Virus record (IMG/VR): IMGVR_UViG_3300042520_001556 | Location: 1 to 60,301 of that record | Length of the DNA stretch: 60,301 bases | Origin: a virus | Taxonomy: Duplodnaviria > Caudoviricetes | Direction: 5' to 3' (one strand) | Position numbers and translations under genes: made by a program | The notes under the pieces: generated by a model | Told to the model about the DNA's origin: nothing | Databases searched by the model: none | The model's input: the letters and a program-made list of their open reading frames with translations, nothing else | In this document: piece by piece, positions 27,531 to 37,337 of the stretch | Layout: every line of letters begins with the position of its first letter | How positions within the stretch are numbered: the first letter of the stretch is position 1

Positions 27531-27724
27531 TCTGGAACGAATACACCCCGGACTACGTGGCGATCATCGCCACCCAGGCAGCGATCATGTCGCTGCGGGA
27601 CGCGGCCCCCGCTCCGCCCAAGCCTCCGCTGCCCAACTGCCCCAAGTGCAAGGGCACGGGCCAGATTAAGACGGGGGACGGACACACCTGGACGGCCTGC
27701 CCATGCACAGAGAGAGCCGAATAA
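27527..27724 (+). CDS. Small protein with CxxCxGxG zinc finger
   Basis: CPKCKGTG...CPC. Confidence 0.65.
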   Translation: MIWNEYTPDYVAIIATQAAIMSLRDAAPAPPKPPLPNCPKCKGTGQIKTGDGHTWTACPCTERAE

Positions 27725-27912
27725 CGGAGCGGGTCATGCGGGTTGCGGCCAGTGACGGAAAGCATACCTGGATGTACCAGTTCCCCAACGATATGTGGCG
27801 GCGAGCCGTGAAGCGGGTGATGCAGGACATGCGAGAAGCGAAGCTGCCAGAGGAGGCGGCCGGCGGGATCTTGGAACTGATAGCGGAGGGAGTGGCTGAT
27901 GATGCCGACTGA
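27703..27912 (+). CDS. Hypothetical protein
   Basis: Coupled ORF in operon; start uncertain. Confidence 0.55.
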   Translation: MHRESRITERVMRVAASDGKHTWMYQFPNDMWRRAVKRVMQDMREAKLPEEAAGGILELIAEGVADDAD

Positions 27913-28102
27913 CCAGTTAGTTCTCTTGGCGACAGTGATTGCGGCCGTGGTTCCGTGGGCTATGAGCATCCACGCCAAGGTCAGCACCATCGCCCACGCA
28001 ATGGAGGGATTGCCGGAGTTGGTCCGTGAGTCCCAGTTGAAACTAGAGCGGCATGAGCAGGCGATCCAAGCTCTCCAAAAAGCAGCAGCAGCTAGTCATT
28101 GA
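27899..28102 (+). CDS. Small transmembrane plus coiled-coil protein (holin/spanin-like position)
   Basis: LVLLATVIAAVVPW followed by heptad-like helix. Confidence 0.6.
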   Translation: MMPTDQLVLLATVIAAVVPWAMSIHAKVSTIAHAMEGLPELVRESQLKLERHEQAIQALQKAAAASH

Positions 28103-28934
28103 ATACGCCGAGATGGTCACTGTGGTGGCCAGGTGCTTCGTCCAGAACCGGCCGCCATGGCAAAGGTCTGGACTGATCCCGGAGCTGGAGGGCGAGGGCT
28201 ACCTGGCCCTGTGCCGGGCCGCCCGCACCTACAACCCGGCGCTCCTCCCCTACCCCAAGGCCTACTTCGCCAGGGCCATACTCAACGCCATGCTAAAGAA
28301 CGTCCGCAAGCTGACACGCACACCCGGCGAGAGGGTGGGGATGGACGTGGCCGAGCAGGAGGTGGCCGTCTACGATCAGCGAGACGATTTGGCAGAGGCC
28401 ATCGCAGGCATGGATGAGCGAGACAAGGCGATGGCCATCTGCCGGTTCGTCAGGAAGCGACGGATCGTAGACCTGGCGGCGGAGTTTCAGCTGAATATAC
28501 GCTCAGCATCCCTGGCGTCACGTCGCCTAGCAAGGCAGATCGGGCAACGATTGGGAATCCCAGCCGAGCGGCTTGAGCCAAGTTATGAATCTCTGACAGG
28601 GAGTACCAGACGCCCTTGCCCCGGTCGGTGTGCTTCTTCCCGGGCTTCGTCACCCGCTCCCGCATCAGGGTCCAGCCGATCTGCCGGTAAGAATGGCCCT
28701 CGTCCGCCATCCTCGCCACCCGCTCAGCCAAAGCCCGCTCGTCCAGGCAAGGCACGTACCGAGCATCCCGCCCCTTCCCCTGCTTCAGCCACCCGTAAGG
28801 GCGAGCGCCGCCGTAAGGCCGCCCGTGCTTGCGTAGATAGGCGGCAATCTCCCGGGTCCGCTGGCCGATCATCTCCCGCTCAAACTCAGCGAAAGAAGCG
28901 AGCTGGTGAAAAAACATCCGGCCGGCGGGGGTAG
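28053..28934 (+). CDS. RNA polymerase sigma-70-family factor (group 3-like) with long low-complexity tail
   Basis: ELEGEGYLALCRAARTYNP...YFARAILNAM (region 2); region 4-like HTH near 28450-28540. Confidence 0.8.
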   Translation: MSRRSKLSKKQQQLVIEYAEMVTVVARCFVQNRPPWQRSGLIPELEGEGYLALCRAARTYNPALLPYPKAYFARAILNAMLKNVRKLTRTPGERVGMDVAEQEVAVYDQRDDLAEAIAGMDERDKAMAICRFVRKRRIVDLAAEFQLNIRSASLASRRLARQIGQRLGIPAERLEPSYESLTGSTRRPCPGRCASSRASSPAPASGSSRSAGKNGPRPPSSPPAQPKPARPGKARTEHPAPSPASATRKGERRRKAARACVDRRQSPGSAGRSSPAQTQRKKRAGEKTSGRRG

Positions 28935-29262
28935 CCAGGTCGATCCCCAGGTCCATGATGATGCACCGGATGCCCCTCTCCTGCCAGATGTGAACCGTGG
29001 CAGCCGCATCCCGGACGGAGCGGAAGACACGGTCCACCTTGTTGAACACCAGCGTGTCGCCGGGGTCCATGGAGTCCCACAGGATCCGGCCCTTGGGCCT
29101 GTCACGCAGCGGGATCCTGGCCGTCACGTCCTCGTCTACGAAGATCTCCGCAACTGCCAGGCCCTCCTTGGCCGCCAGGTCTTGGATCTTTTCCCGCTGG
29201 TTCTCAACGCTGTTCTCCTGGTCATCGGTGCTGACCCGCACGTAGCCCCATAGCCTGTTCAA
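28450..29262 (-). CDS. Serine recombinase (resolvase/invertase family)
   Basis: GYVRVSTDDQ, RP.G..L, KVDRVFRS, FAEFEREMIGQRT, PYGW; likely TTG start 29262. Confidence 0.93.
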   Translation of the reverse strand: MNRLWGYVRVSTDDQENSVENQREKIQDLAAKEGLAVAEIFVDEDVTARIPLRDRPKGRILWDSMDPGDTLVFNKVDRVFRSVRDAAATVHIWQERGIRCIIMDLGIDLATPAGRMFFHQLASFAEFEREMIGQRTREIAAYLRKHGRPYGGARPYGWLKQGKGRDARYVPCLDERALAERVARMADEGHSYRQIGWTLMRERVTKPGKKHTDRGKGVWYSLSEIHNLAQAARLGFPIVARSALLGDVTPGMLSVYSAETPPPGLRSVAS

Positions 29263-30242
29263 TGCCGCCCCCTTTCCGATACCCAGAAGATGAAGAACAA
29301 AACCGAACATCCGATCAGCACGTCAAGCATCGTTGTCCTCCAGCAGCCGCTTCGCCTGCTCGTCGGTTGCCAGGCCAAGGTCACGCATGTGCTGGACGGC
29401 GTCACGCACACCCTGGTCAGTGACCTCCTTGGACTGCGGCACGTACCTGGCCGGCTGCCAGAAGTTGGATAGCACGCTCCACCCTTCTGGGATGGCGGTG
29501 TAGGGAAACGGGTAGTGATCAGCGGCCTCGTCGTCCAGCATTTCCCACAGCGCCTCCTGTGTCGCAGGCCTGTCCTCCAGCGGGCCGCGGGGGACGAACG
29601 CCCCATACTCCCAGGCGACCGGGATATCCATCAGCCGTAGTCCTTGGTGTGGATCTCCGGCCCTTGCAAGGATCAGATACATGTAACTCATTTGGTCCCC
29701 CTTACCCACCATCTACTCCGCCGCAGGAAGTCACGCGCCGCCCGCTTCATCGACCGCTTCGTCGCCCGGTCGTCCGGGCTCATGCCACGCAGCACACTGA
29801 TGGCCGACTCGCTGAGCATGGTATTCCAGCAGGCATGCACAGCCTCCAGCCATACGACCGTCAGCCCTGCCAGCACGGAGTTGCTCAGGCCACCGTTGAT
29901 GTCCTGGTTTCTTCGATGCTGGTGAGCGTACAGATCATGCACATGGGACCGCAGCGCGTCTGCCACGTCCATGGCGGCCTGATGCGGACACGTACCGGCA
30001 TCCACCTTATCAAAGTCCATCGGCACCTCCTCTTGGGAACCAGTCTACCAACTCAGTGGGGCAGGACCTGATCCTGCTCCACCCTCCGCAACGTCCGCAA
30101 CACCATCTCCCCGCGCGTCGCCTCCAGCATGGCGTAGTCATCCTGTTCTTCACGCCAGCTGCCCTCCTCATACTCTGTCAGCTCCCTCTCCACGCACCTG
30201 ATGAGGTACGCCAGCTCCTGGGCTGTCAGTACCAGGGTTGCC

Positions 30243-30530
30243 TCAGGCATGGCCCACCCCCACTTCGATGGTGAAGGTCATGGGCACCGGCTCAACGACG
30301 CACTCCACCGGCCCGGCCAGGCGGAGGATCGGCTTGGCCGCACGCTTCAGGTTCCCGTTGGGGAGCCTGGGCAGGCGGATGCCACGCTTGTTAAGGGCGT
30401 GCTTCCGCTGGCAGATCTGGCTATAGGAAATGCCCATCAGGTCAGCCACCTCACGCAAGGTCAGGCCAGCCTCAGCGGCCTGCTTGTACTCAGCGATGAA
30501 GGCAGTGGTGTCGAATCCCAGCTTACGCAT
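30243..30530 (-). CDS. Small HTH protein
   Basis: GLTLREVADLMGISYSQI. Confidence 0.65.
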   Translation of the reverse strand: MRKLGFDTTAFIAEYKQAAEAGLTLREVADLMGISYSQICQRKHALNKRGIRLPRLPNGNLKRAAKPILRLAGPVECVVEPVPMTFTIEVGVGHA

Positions 30531-30551
30531 TGCTTCTCTCCTTGAAGAACA

Positions 30552-30577
30552 GGGGGGCGGCCCAGTTGCCGCCCCCC
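30552..30577 (-). terminator. GC hairpin, putative terminator or processing stem
   Basis: GGGGGGCGGC/GCCGCCCCCC 10-bp stem followed on the minus strand by TGTTCTT. Confidence 0.5.
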
Positions 30578-30590
30578 GGGAACAGAACAA

Positions 30591-31319
30591 TCAGAGGGCC
30601 AGCAGCTTGGCCCCCACCTCAGCATCGACCACGCCGTGCAGACGCTGCGTCCGGTAGGCAAGGTCGCCGTACTTCTTCAGCACCTCAGTCACGCTGTTGA
30701 AGTAGGACCACAGCGTGGGAGTCTCAAACTCCGGGTGGCTGGGGGCCTCGTACTCCTCCAGCACTTCGGCAATCGCACGGGCCGGGATGGCCTTGGCCCG
30801 GTAGGACCGCAGCACCAGGTCATGCAGGTGCGGCAGGCCGCGGACCTCGGCCTCCTTGTAGGCGTCGATCCGCTTGGCCTGGTGGCCACGCTTGTCAATC
30901 AGCTGGGCCACGCCCTCATTCACCAGCCGGGGCAGGCGGTCCAGCACCAGGCGGCTGTGCTTGGTCTTGACCACCACCTCAGCCGAGAAGGCCAGGTTGT
31001 CGCAGACGAACACCCGGGAACCCAGGCAGAACGACACGGGGAACGACTTGTCATGGGAGTTGCGGATCCCGATGACAGTGGCGTAGTCCGTGCCGCCGGC
31101 CAGGGTAACGACGCCGAACATCCGGGCCCCGCCCGCAGACAGGGCGAAGTTGGAGTCGGTAATCTCCAGGCCAGACGTGACGATGGACTGCTCCACCATC
31201 CTGACAACGTCACCGTGGGGAACCGGGGTCCAGGTGTGGGTGCCAGTGGGAGTGGGGGCGTCGTCAATCTGGTTGCGATCAACCACCGCACCGCCGGCAT
31301 GAACAATCAGACCAGTCAT
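30591..31319 (-). CDS. DUF932-family protein
   Basis: W.PVPH, RNSHDKS...G.RVFVCDNLAF, TLW..FNSVTE. Confidence 0.85.
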   Translation of the reverse strand: MTGLIVHAGGAVVDRNQIDDAPTPTGTHTWTPVPHGDVVRMVEQSIVTSGLEITDSNFALSAGGARMFGVVTLAGGTDYATVIGIRNSHDKSFPVSFCLGSRVFVCDNLAFSAEVVVKTKHSRLVLDRLPRLVNEGVAQLIDKRGHQAKRIDAYKEAEVRGLPHLHDLVLRSYRAKAIPARAIAEVLEEYEAPSHPEFETPTLWSYFNSVTEVLKKYGDLAYRTQRLHGVVDAEVGAKLLAL

Positions 31320-31336
31320 AGAAACCTCCTCAGGGC

Positions 31337-31370
31337 AAAAGAAAACCCGGACGGCACGCTGCCGCCCGGG
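31337..31370 (-). terminator. Putative intrinsic terminator
   Basis: CCCGGACGGCA/TGCCGCCCGGG stem followed on the minus strand by TTTTCTTTT. Confidence 0.6.
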
Positions 31371-33316
31371 TAATGGGCATCAGTACCGTACTTGCGTACA
31401 GTACCCCGTCGATAAACTAGCCGCTACAGAACTCGGTGGATGTACTCCAGCTTTTCCTTGACGCTCTCTGTCCAGGCCTGGAACTCGTCCAGCGATTCCA
31501 GTGCCACGGCCATGGCCCGATCTGGTTTGGCCTTGGCTACCTTGTCTGCCAGCACCTGATGGATGGCGCGGTACTCGGCATAGCCAACCCGGTCCGGGTC
31601 TGGCATGGCGTACTCACCGATCACCAGCGTCATCCTGCACCTCCTTCCAGTGAGCGTCGGCGTACCGGCTGGCTGCCAGTACCGCCTCCCGCTCCTCCTT
31701 GTCCAGCCCGCCCGCCTCCGCCTCCATCACCGTGGCCGACCGGGCGACGATCAGCCACAGCCCATGCTTCACCTTGTCAGTTAGGCGTGGCTTCATCCTG
31801 CACCCCCTTCTGCCAGGCGAATGGCCGCCAGCGCAGCGGCAACTCCTCGGGCGATATGGTTGTCTTGAAGAACGCTGACTGCAAACTTCAACTCCCGCAG
31901 CAAATCCGGTGCGGCCATAACCAGGCGGGCATCAGCCAGCATCTCGTCGTCGCCCTCGTCAACAAAAACCTGGGCGACCTGCCAGCCAGAGCCTCCGTAC
32001 GCAGTGTGTTCAATCGGCAGGTAGCGGTTAGCCATGCGGCCCTCGCACCCCGTCTCGTCAACGTCATCCGGCCAGGACCAGGCGGCCGGACCAAGGGACC
32101 AGTTGCGTGTCATCTCTCACCTCCCACAAGTACAAGGATCAGCCTCACCACCAGCAACACAACCTCTACCATGCGGTCATCCATGACCTACTCCTTTGAT
32201 GAATCCCTTGTTCTCCCGTACTCCAACGCAGCGCGGATCCTGTCTGCTACCTCGCTTCCGCCGTCCACGGCTGTGCCGTTCTTCCAGTAGACAAGCAGCA
32301 TCTCGCAGGCAGATGTCAGCATGTCAAGCCGCGGAAGAGCATCAGCGCAGCACAGCCAAGGAGCCTCGCCGCGCTCAAGCCAATAGCCAGCAACATCCTG
32401 GGCAGTAGCGTCCAGCTCATCTGCCATCACGCTCAGCTCTTCCTCTGTTGCGCCGGGCGGGTCGTCGTCTATGTGATCCAGCCAGAAAGCCATGGCGTTG
32501 TACTTGTATGAACTGTGATCCATCACTCCCTCCCTTCTGCTTTGGCAAGCCAGTCCAGCACGGCCTGCTCGTTCTCTTGTGACACGGTGTAGAAATGCTC
32601 AACGCAATAGCCGTGATCGTCGTCGCCATCGTACGAGTCCAACAGCCCGGCCTTTAGCATGGCCTTCGCTGGCCTCACCTCGCAGTCCACGTTGAAGTCG
32701 CCGCTCTCGTCGGTAATGCGGGCGAACTCATACCAATCGTCATGCCGCTTACTCATCACTCCCTCCCTTCTGCTTTGGCTATGGCGGCCTTGCACCGCAT
32801 CAAGACTTCGTAACCGTAATCTTCTGGGTCATTGCTGCCTTCGTCGTATGCAACAATCTCTTTGAGAGCAGCCAGCAACTCCGGCGCCGCAGCCATCAAC
32901 CTCTGGCTCTCTCTCTTGTCTCTCCCCCGCAGGATGCTGGGGTACTCACTGTCTCGGTATGGCATCGCTTGCACTCCTGCTTGGTGTCATCGACTCGTCC
33001 TCGCCGTGCCGCAGCGGCAGCCTCAAGCATCAGCAGATGCTCAAGCCATGCGGCGTACTCGTCGGCTCTTTTCTTGTTTCGCAGGCCACGGAACTCTCGC
33101 TGCATCGTCACCTGCTTGCCGCCATTGTCGTACCGGCATACGCACACTCTGTAGAGCGTGGCCTTGCCGGGCTTGTGAGTTTCGGTTGTTTCAACCTTTG
33201 GCATCAGTCGTCCTCCTCGCCAAGAAGCTCTAGCACTTCGACCGTGGTTTCGCACGGCCCGCATAGTTCTTCGTCATCGTCCATCAGTTCCCAGCCGCAC
33301 CGAATGCAGTTAGGCA

Positions 33317-33508
33317 TCACGCAATCTCCAGTAGGTGAAGGATGTCGGACAGGACAGACTTCTCATGGCGATACTGGATGGCGTCGGCATCGTCGGCTCC
33401 GCCCATCCTCTCCGCTGCCTTTATGTCATCGGCTAGCCGGTCGCACTCACACAACAGGGCAGTCCGCAACTCCTCGGCCTGCTCGTCGGTCAGCTCAATC
33501 GTTGGCAT
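33317..33508 (-). CDS. MPTI-family small protein 3
   Basis: MPTIELTDEQAEE; shared junction motif. Confidence 0.7.
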   Translation of the reverse strand: MPTIELTDEQAEELRTALLCECDRLADDIKAAERMGGADDADAIQYRHEKSVLSDILHLLEIA

Positions 33509-33704
33509 TGTGTCTCTCCGTTTGGTGAAGCATGGCTTGGTAGTGCCACTTGCGGGTCAGGTGATCGATGTATGGCGGGTAGAAAACCCTGTCGGAGTCA
33601 TCTGCCCGAAGGTCATCCATCGCCTTGTCTTCTGCGTCAATGGCCTGCCGCAGCAATGGGATCAGCAACCGCAGGCCGGCGTCGGTCAGTCGAATCGTTG
33701 GCAT
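33495..33704 (-). CDS. MPTI-family small protein 2
   Basis: MPTIRLTDAG. Confidence 0.65.
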   Translation of the reverse strand: MPTIRLTDAGLRLLIPLLRQAIDAEDKAMDDLRADDSDRVFYPPYIDHLTRKWHYQAMLHQTERHNAND

Positions 33705-33879
33705 ATGCAGCCTCCAGTTTGGCGAGGATGCCCCGCAGTTCATGGATGAAGTAGGTCCACTGGCTGATGTCTTGCGGATCTGTGGCCTTTTCAGACCGTT
33801 CCTTCATGCGATCTATCCGGTCCAGCATCAGTTGCCGCACCTCCTCGGCCTCGTCGGCAGTCCAGTCAATCGTTGGCAT
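33637..33879 (-). CDS. MPTI-family small protein 1
   Basis: MPTIDWTADEAEE. Confidence 0.7.
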   Translation of the reverse strand: MPTIDWTADEAEEVRQLMLDRIDRMKERSEKATDPQDISQWTYFIHELRGILAKLEAAYANDSTDRRRPAVADPIAAAGH

Positions 33880-35537
33880 CGGCGTTCTCCTCAGGGGCCT
33901 TGTAATACCGAATGCTGTTCAGCGTGTCCCGCTCCATCACTTCGCCTATCCGCTTCAGCCAGGCTGAGCGGGTCCGGGTCGTCACGTTGGTGGACAAGCC
34001 AACCCACCGCCGCACCCACCCCTCCAACTCCTTGGGATTAGGGTCTTCCCCCAACCACATGAAGTCCAGCTTGATCCGATGCTGGTGCCACAGCCGGAAG
34101 ACCCACTCGTCCACGTTCTCCGCCGTGATGCTGCCCAGGTCCAGGCCGATGGCGGCCCAGATCAGGGCGTGCCGGATGCACTTCTCGTCCTCATCCTTGG
34201 GCAGTGGCTCTGCGCAATCGGACGTACTCCAGTCAAGGCTCATTGGTCCTCCTCCTCGTCCACAAGGGTTTCGTAGAACTTCTGCATGCAGTTCCGCATG
34301 AACTCGTACGGATCGACACCTTCCTGGTCGCACAGGTGCATGATGCTGACAACCAGAGTCTCCATCACAGCACCTTGGTCGTTGGTAATCTCGTCATCTG
34401 TGGCGAATGCCCTGCACGCTCGCATGCCCTGCTTCGCCAGTCGCTTGTCTCCGGTCAGCATCACTGGTCCTCCTTTATGGGTTCGTCGCACTCATACTGC
34501 GGGTTGGTCAGCACCTCCGGCCGGTACTTAGACAACCTCTCCGCACGGCAGGCCCGGCAGCACCGCGTCAAGGGGATGCCGCGGGCGTCGTACTCCACGC
34601 AGGACGGCTCGGCTGAGCCGCAGGGGCAGGTCCGGTTCATGCGTTCACCTCGGCCAGGGACTGAAGGGCTTCCAGTAGACGCTCATTCTCACAGGTACTG
34701 CGGTCGTACGCCTCGTCCGCAGAGTGGATGGCATCCACGGACCATGACTCCATGTGGTACGTGGACTCATCCGGGTAGCGGACCATCAGGCGGATCAGTT
34801 GTCGCAAGGCGTCCTGTGCGTTGTCGCAGTTACGCATGCAGACGTTCAGGGTGATGTTGTGATAGGTCATTCGTCATCCTCCTGAGTGCCACGCGGTGAC
34901 TCTAACGCAATCCACTTCTGGGCCGCATCGCACAGCATCATGCCGCAGTAGTTCTCCCCTTGCAGGATGAACTTGCGGAGCCTGCTGCCAAGCGATGCGC
35001 GGTTGCCGACAGGGTCATCCGCATACTGGAACGGGAAGTCCTTGGCAGTCACGCTGGCATGGCACTGCTCATCGACAGCCTTGTTGAAATCTGACAGGTC
35101 GTAGAACCGACCGACATGCAGTCGCTCATTGAACTCCCGGCCCAGCAGCACAACAGAATCCATCAGGTCACCGTACCCATCGTCGCCGCGGTCAAAGCTG
35201 AAGCGGCACCCGTCACCGCCAGCGTAGGCCTTGCGTTGGTAGTCGCCATAGGAGATGGCGAAGTGGACAGCCGCTGGCAGTCGCCAAGAGGAGCCGAAAC
35301 AGGCCGCCTGCCGCATGAACTCATCGGCCGCTGCCTCGGACACACCCTCGGTGCGGTGCTGCATGGTCCGCAGAACCAGCATCCGGAACGCATCCGCCAT
35401 GGGCCAGAAGTGTTCCGGCTCCACCGCTGGGGTTGTCATGCGGAGCATTCGGAACGCCTTGTCGTACCGGGAACGTGCCTGGCGGAAGGCCGCCGCATCG
35501 GCGTTGATGCCATCCAGAATGTTCGTTGTCGTAGCCA

Positions 35538-35756
35538 TCACTCCACCTCCACCTTGCTATCGGTTTCGATCCACACCCTGGCACCGCAGGAGAGCGGGGC
35601 ATCAGGCTCATAACGCACAACGCAAGGACCGTCGATCCGCACGGAGCGTGCATAGCGGTTGTCCTTGTAGGTCTTCACTGTCAGCACGGGGTCACGCTCG
35701 CCAGTCTTCTGGTTCTTGCGGATCACATGCTGGTTCACATGGACGATGGTCTTCAT
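35538..35756 (-). CDS. Conserved-type small phage protein
   Basis: IVHVNQHVIR.N...P.LTVK...PLSCGARVWIET. Confidence 0.75.
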   Translation of the reverse strand: MKTIVHVNQHVIRKNQKTGERDPVLTVKTYKDNRYARSVRIDGPCVVRYEPDAPLSCGARVWIETDSKVEVE

Positions 35757-35790
35757 GGTGTGCATCCGTACAGGTATGGGGAAGACAAAT

Positions 35791-35832
35791 AAAAAACCCC
35801 GGCAGGTACTTAGACGTTTTTCCCTGCCGGGG
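35791..35832 (-). terminator. Intrinsic terminator
   Basis: 10-bp stem CCCCGGCAGG/CCTGCCGGGG followed on the minus strand by T6. Confidence 0.7.
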
Positions 35833-35914
35833 CCCCAACAGGAGCGGGCCCGAAGGCCCACCCACAGTCACTCAGATTCTATCAACCTGCCTCACGGCAC
35901 AGCAAGCCGTTCGC

Positions 35915-36388
35915 TCAGAGGGCTCCTGACTTCACGGCGTGCAGCAGGGCGACGGCCAGTTTCCGGTAGTCGATGTTCTCGGCCACCGAATCCATGTCGA
36001 TATGCCCGGCGATGTCCTCCAGATCCAGCTCGCCGGCAATGTCGGACACGCTGATCTCGCCGGCAATGTCGGACGTGTCCAACGCACTGGCGATCTCACT
36101 GTGGTCAACCTCTCCGGCGATGTCCGCCACGTCGAACTGCTGGGCTAGTTCTTCGATGCTGACGGCCTCGGCCAGGCTCTCGTAATCCAGGGTGTGGCCG
36201 GTCTTCACCAGATCCACCACCCGCTCGGCAATGGGGTCCGTGTCCATCTGCAACTGCACCTTGCTGGCCAGGTCCAGGATGTCCGGCTTTGGCACACGCA
36301 AGGCTGCCAGGGCAGCGATGGCATCCACCTTCTCGGCAATGATGCCCTGGATGTAGGCGTGGAAACGGTTCTTCAGATAGCGAATCAT
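35915..36388 (-). CDS. Acidic 9-residue tandem repeat protein
   Basis: DIAGEVDHS-EIASALDTS-DIAGEISVS-DIAGELDLE-DIAGHIDMD-SVAENIDYR. Confidence 0.75.
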   Translation of the reverse strand: MIRYLKNRFHAYIQGIIAEKVDAIAALAALRVPKPDILDLASKVQLQMDTDPIAERVVDLVKTGHTLDYESLAEAVSIEELAQQFDVADIAGEVDHSEIASALDTSDIAGEISVSDIAGELDLEDIAGHIDMDSVAENIDYRKLAVALLHAVKSGAL

Positions 36389-36400
36389 CAGGGTTCCTCC

Positions 36401-37039
36401 TTAGTCTTGGGCAAGGGGCATGATCACGGACTCAAACTTCACTTCACACTCGGCGCTGAAATGCACGGCACTCTGGCTGTCGGTAGCCGTGGCATGCACT
36501 TGATCGAAGCCACACTGGATGGCCGTCTCGCACATGTCACGGACATACCGGGCATCCAACTTCACCTTGGCCCCGCAGATCTCCAGTTCCAGGGACGGCT
36601 TGGCGCCGCAGTCTGCCTGTTCCTTCAGGGCTTTCCGGGCCTCGTCCCTCAGGGGCTTAACCGCAATCGGCCACCACCCCTGCCCCTCCTTGGGGTACAG
36701 CACCTGCTCAGTCTTGGGCCACTGCTCCAGCTCCTCATGCGGCACAGTGGTCATGCTGTTCTTCCCGTACAGCGTGACCGTGCCGTTCAGCCCCACGGAG
36801 TAGCCGTCAGGGGTGACGCCCACTGCCCGCAGGGTCTTGGCCAGGGTCTTGGACGGCAGCCCATACTCCTTTGGCTCTCCATCACACGGCCAGGTCAGGC
36901 GGCACAGTCGCCGCCCGTCCGTGGCCTCGGCAAACACGGTGCCATCGGCACGCTTCAGTCGGACACAGCCCAGCTGGTAGCGGCTGGCCTCGTCGTCAGC
37001 CCACTTGGGCAGGGCAGCGATTGCTTTAGGCAGGTGCAT
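36401..37039 (-). CDS. DNA polymerase III beta-clamp-like (partial) protein
   Basis: SRYQLGCV...ATDGRRL...WP...LDARYV...VIMPL resembles DnaN middle and C-terminal domains. Confidence 0.6.
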   Translation of the reverse strand: MHLPKAIAALPKWADDEASRYQLGCVRLKRADGTVFAEATDGRRLCRLTWPCDGEPKEYGLPSKTLAKTLRAVGVTPDGYSVGLNGTVTLYGKNSMTTVPHEELEQWPKTEQVLYPKEGQGWWPIAVKPLRDEARKALKEQADCGAKPSLELEICGAKVKLDARYVRDMCETAIQCGFDQVHATATDSQSAVHFSAECEVKFESVIMPLAQD

Positions 37040-37337
37040 CGGAATCCTCCAGGTTGGCAAGGTGGTTGCGGGCCAGTTCACTCCAGTTGACGGCAGAGAT
37101 GGCCGCCCCAAGCAGGTCGGACAGCAGGCCCGACAGGCCAGCCTTCTCGGCGTCGTACTCCACAGACTCCTTCATCTCGTCGGCCAGGTATCGGATCGCT
37201 GCCCCTTGGGAGAAGCAGTCGTTCTCGCCACTATCCCGGGCCTCCTCTGCCCGCTCTTTCCAGAACTCCTGGTCGGCCTGGTTGTTGTCAAACCACAGGG
37301 CGACCAGCCAGGTTTCGACGTTGGTGTAGCCGTTCAC
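37026..37337 (-). CDS. Conserved-type acidic phage protein (NGYTNxETW)
   Basis: NGYTNVETWLVALWFDN...VNWSELA. Confidence 0.7.
   Translation of the reverse strand: MNGYTNVETWLVALWFDNNQADQEFWKERAEEARDSGENDCFSQGAAIRYLADEMKESVEYDAEKAGLSGLLSDLLGAAISAVNWSELARNHLANLEDSDAPA

Noticed and set aside
31383-31404. GTAC-N4-GTAC palindrome as a LexA-type operator (similar one at 39033-39044)
   Set aside because: Only two loose copies and the host consensus is unknown, so it cannot be supported
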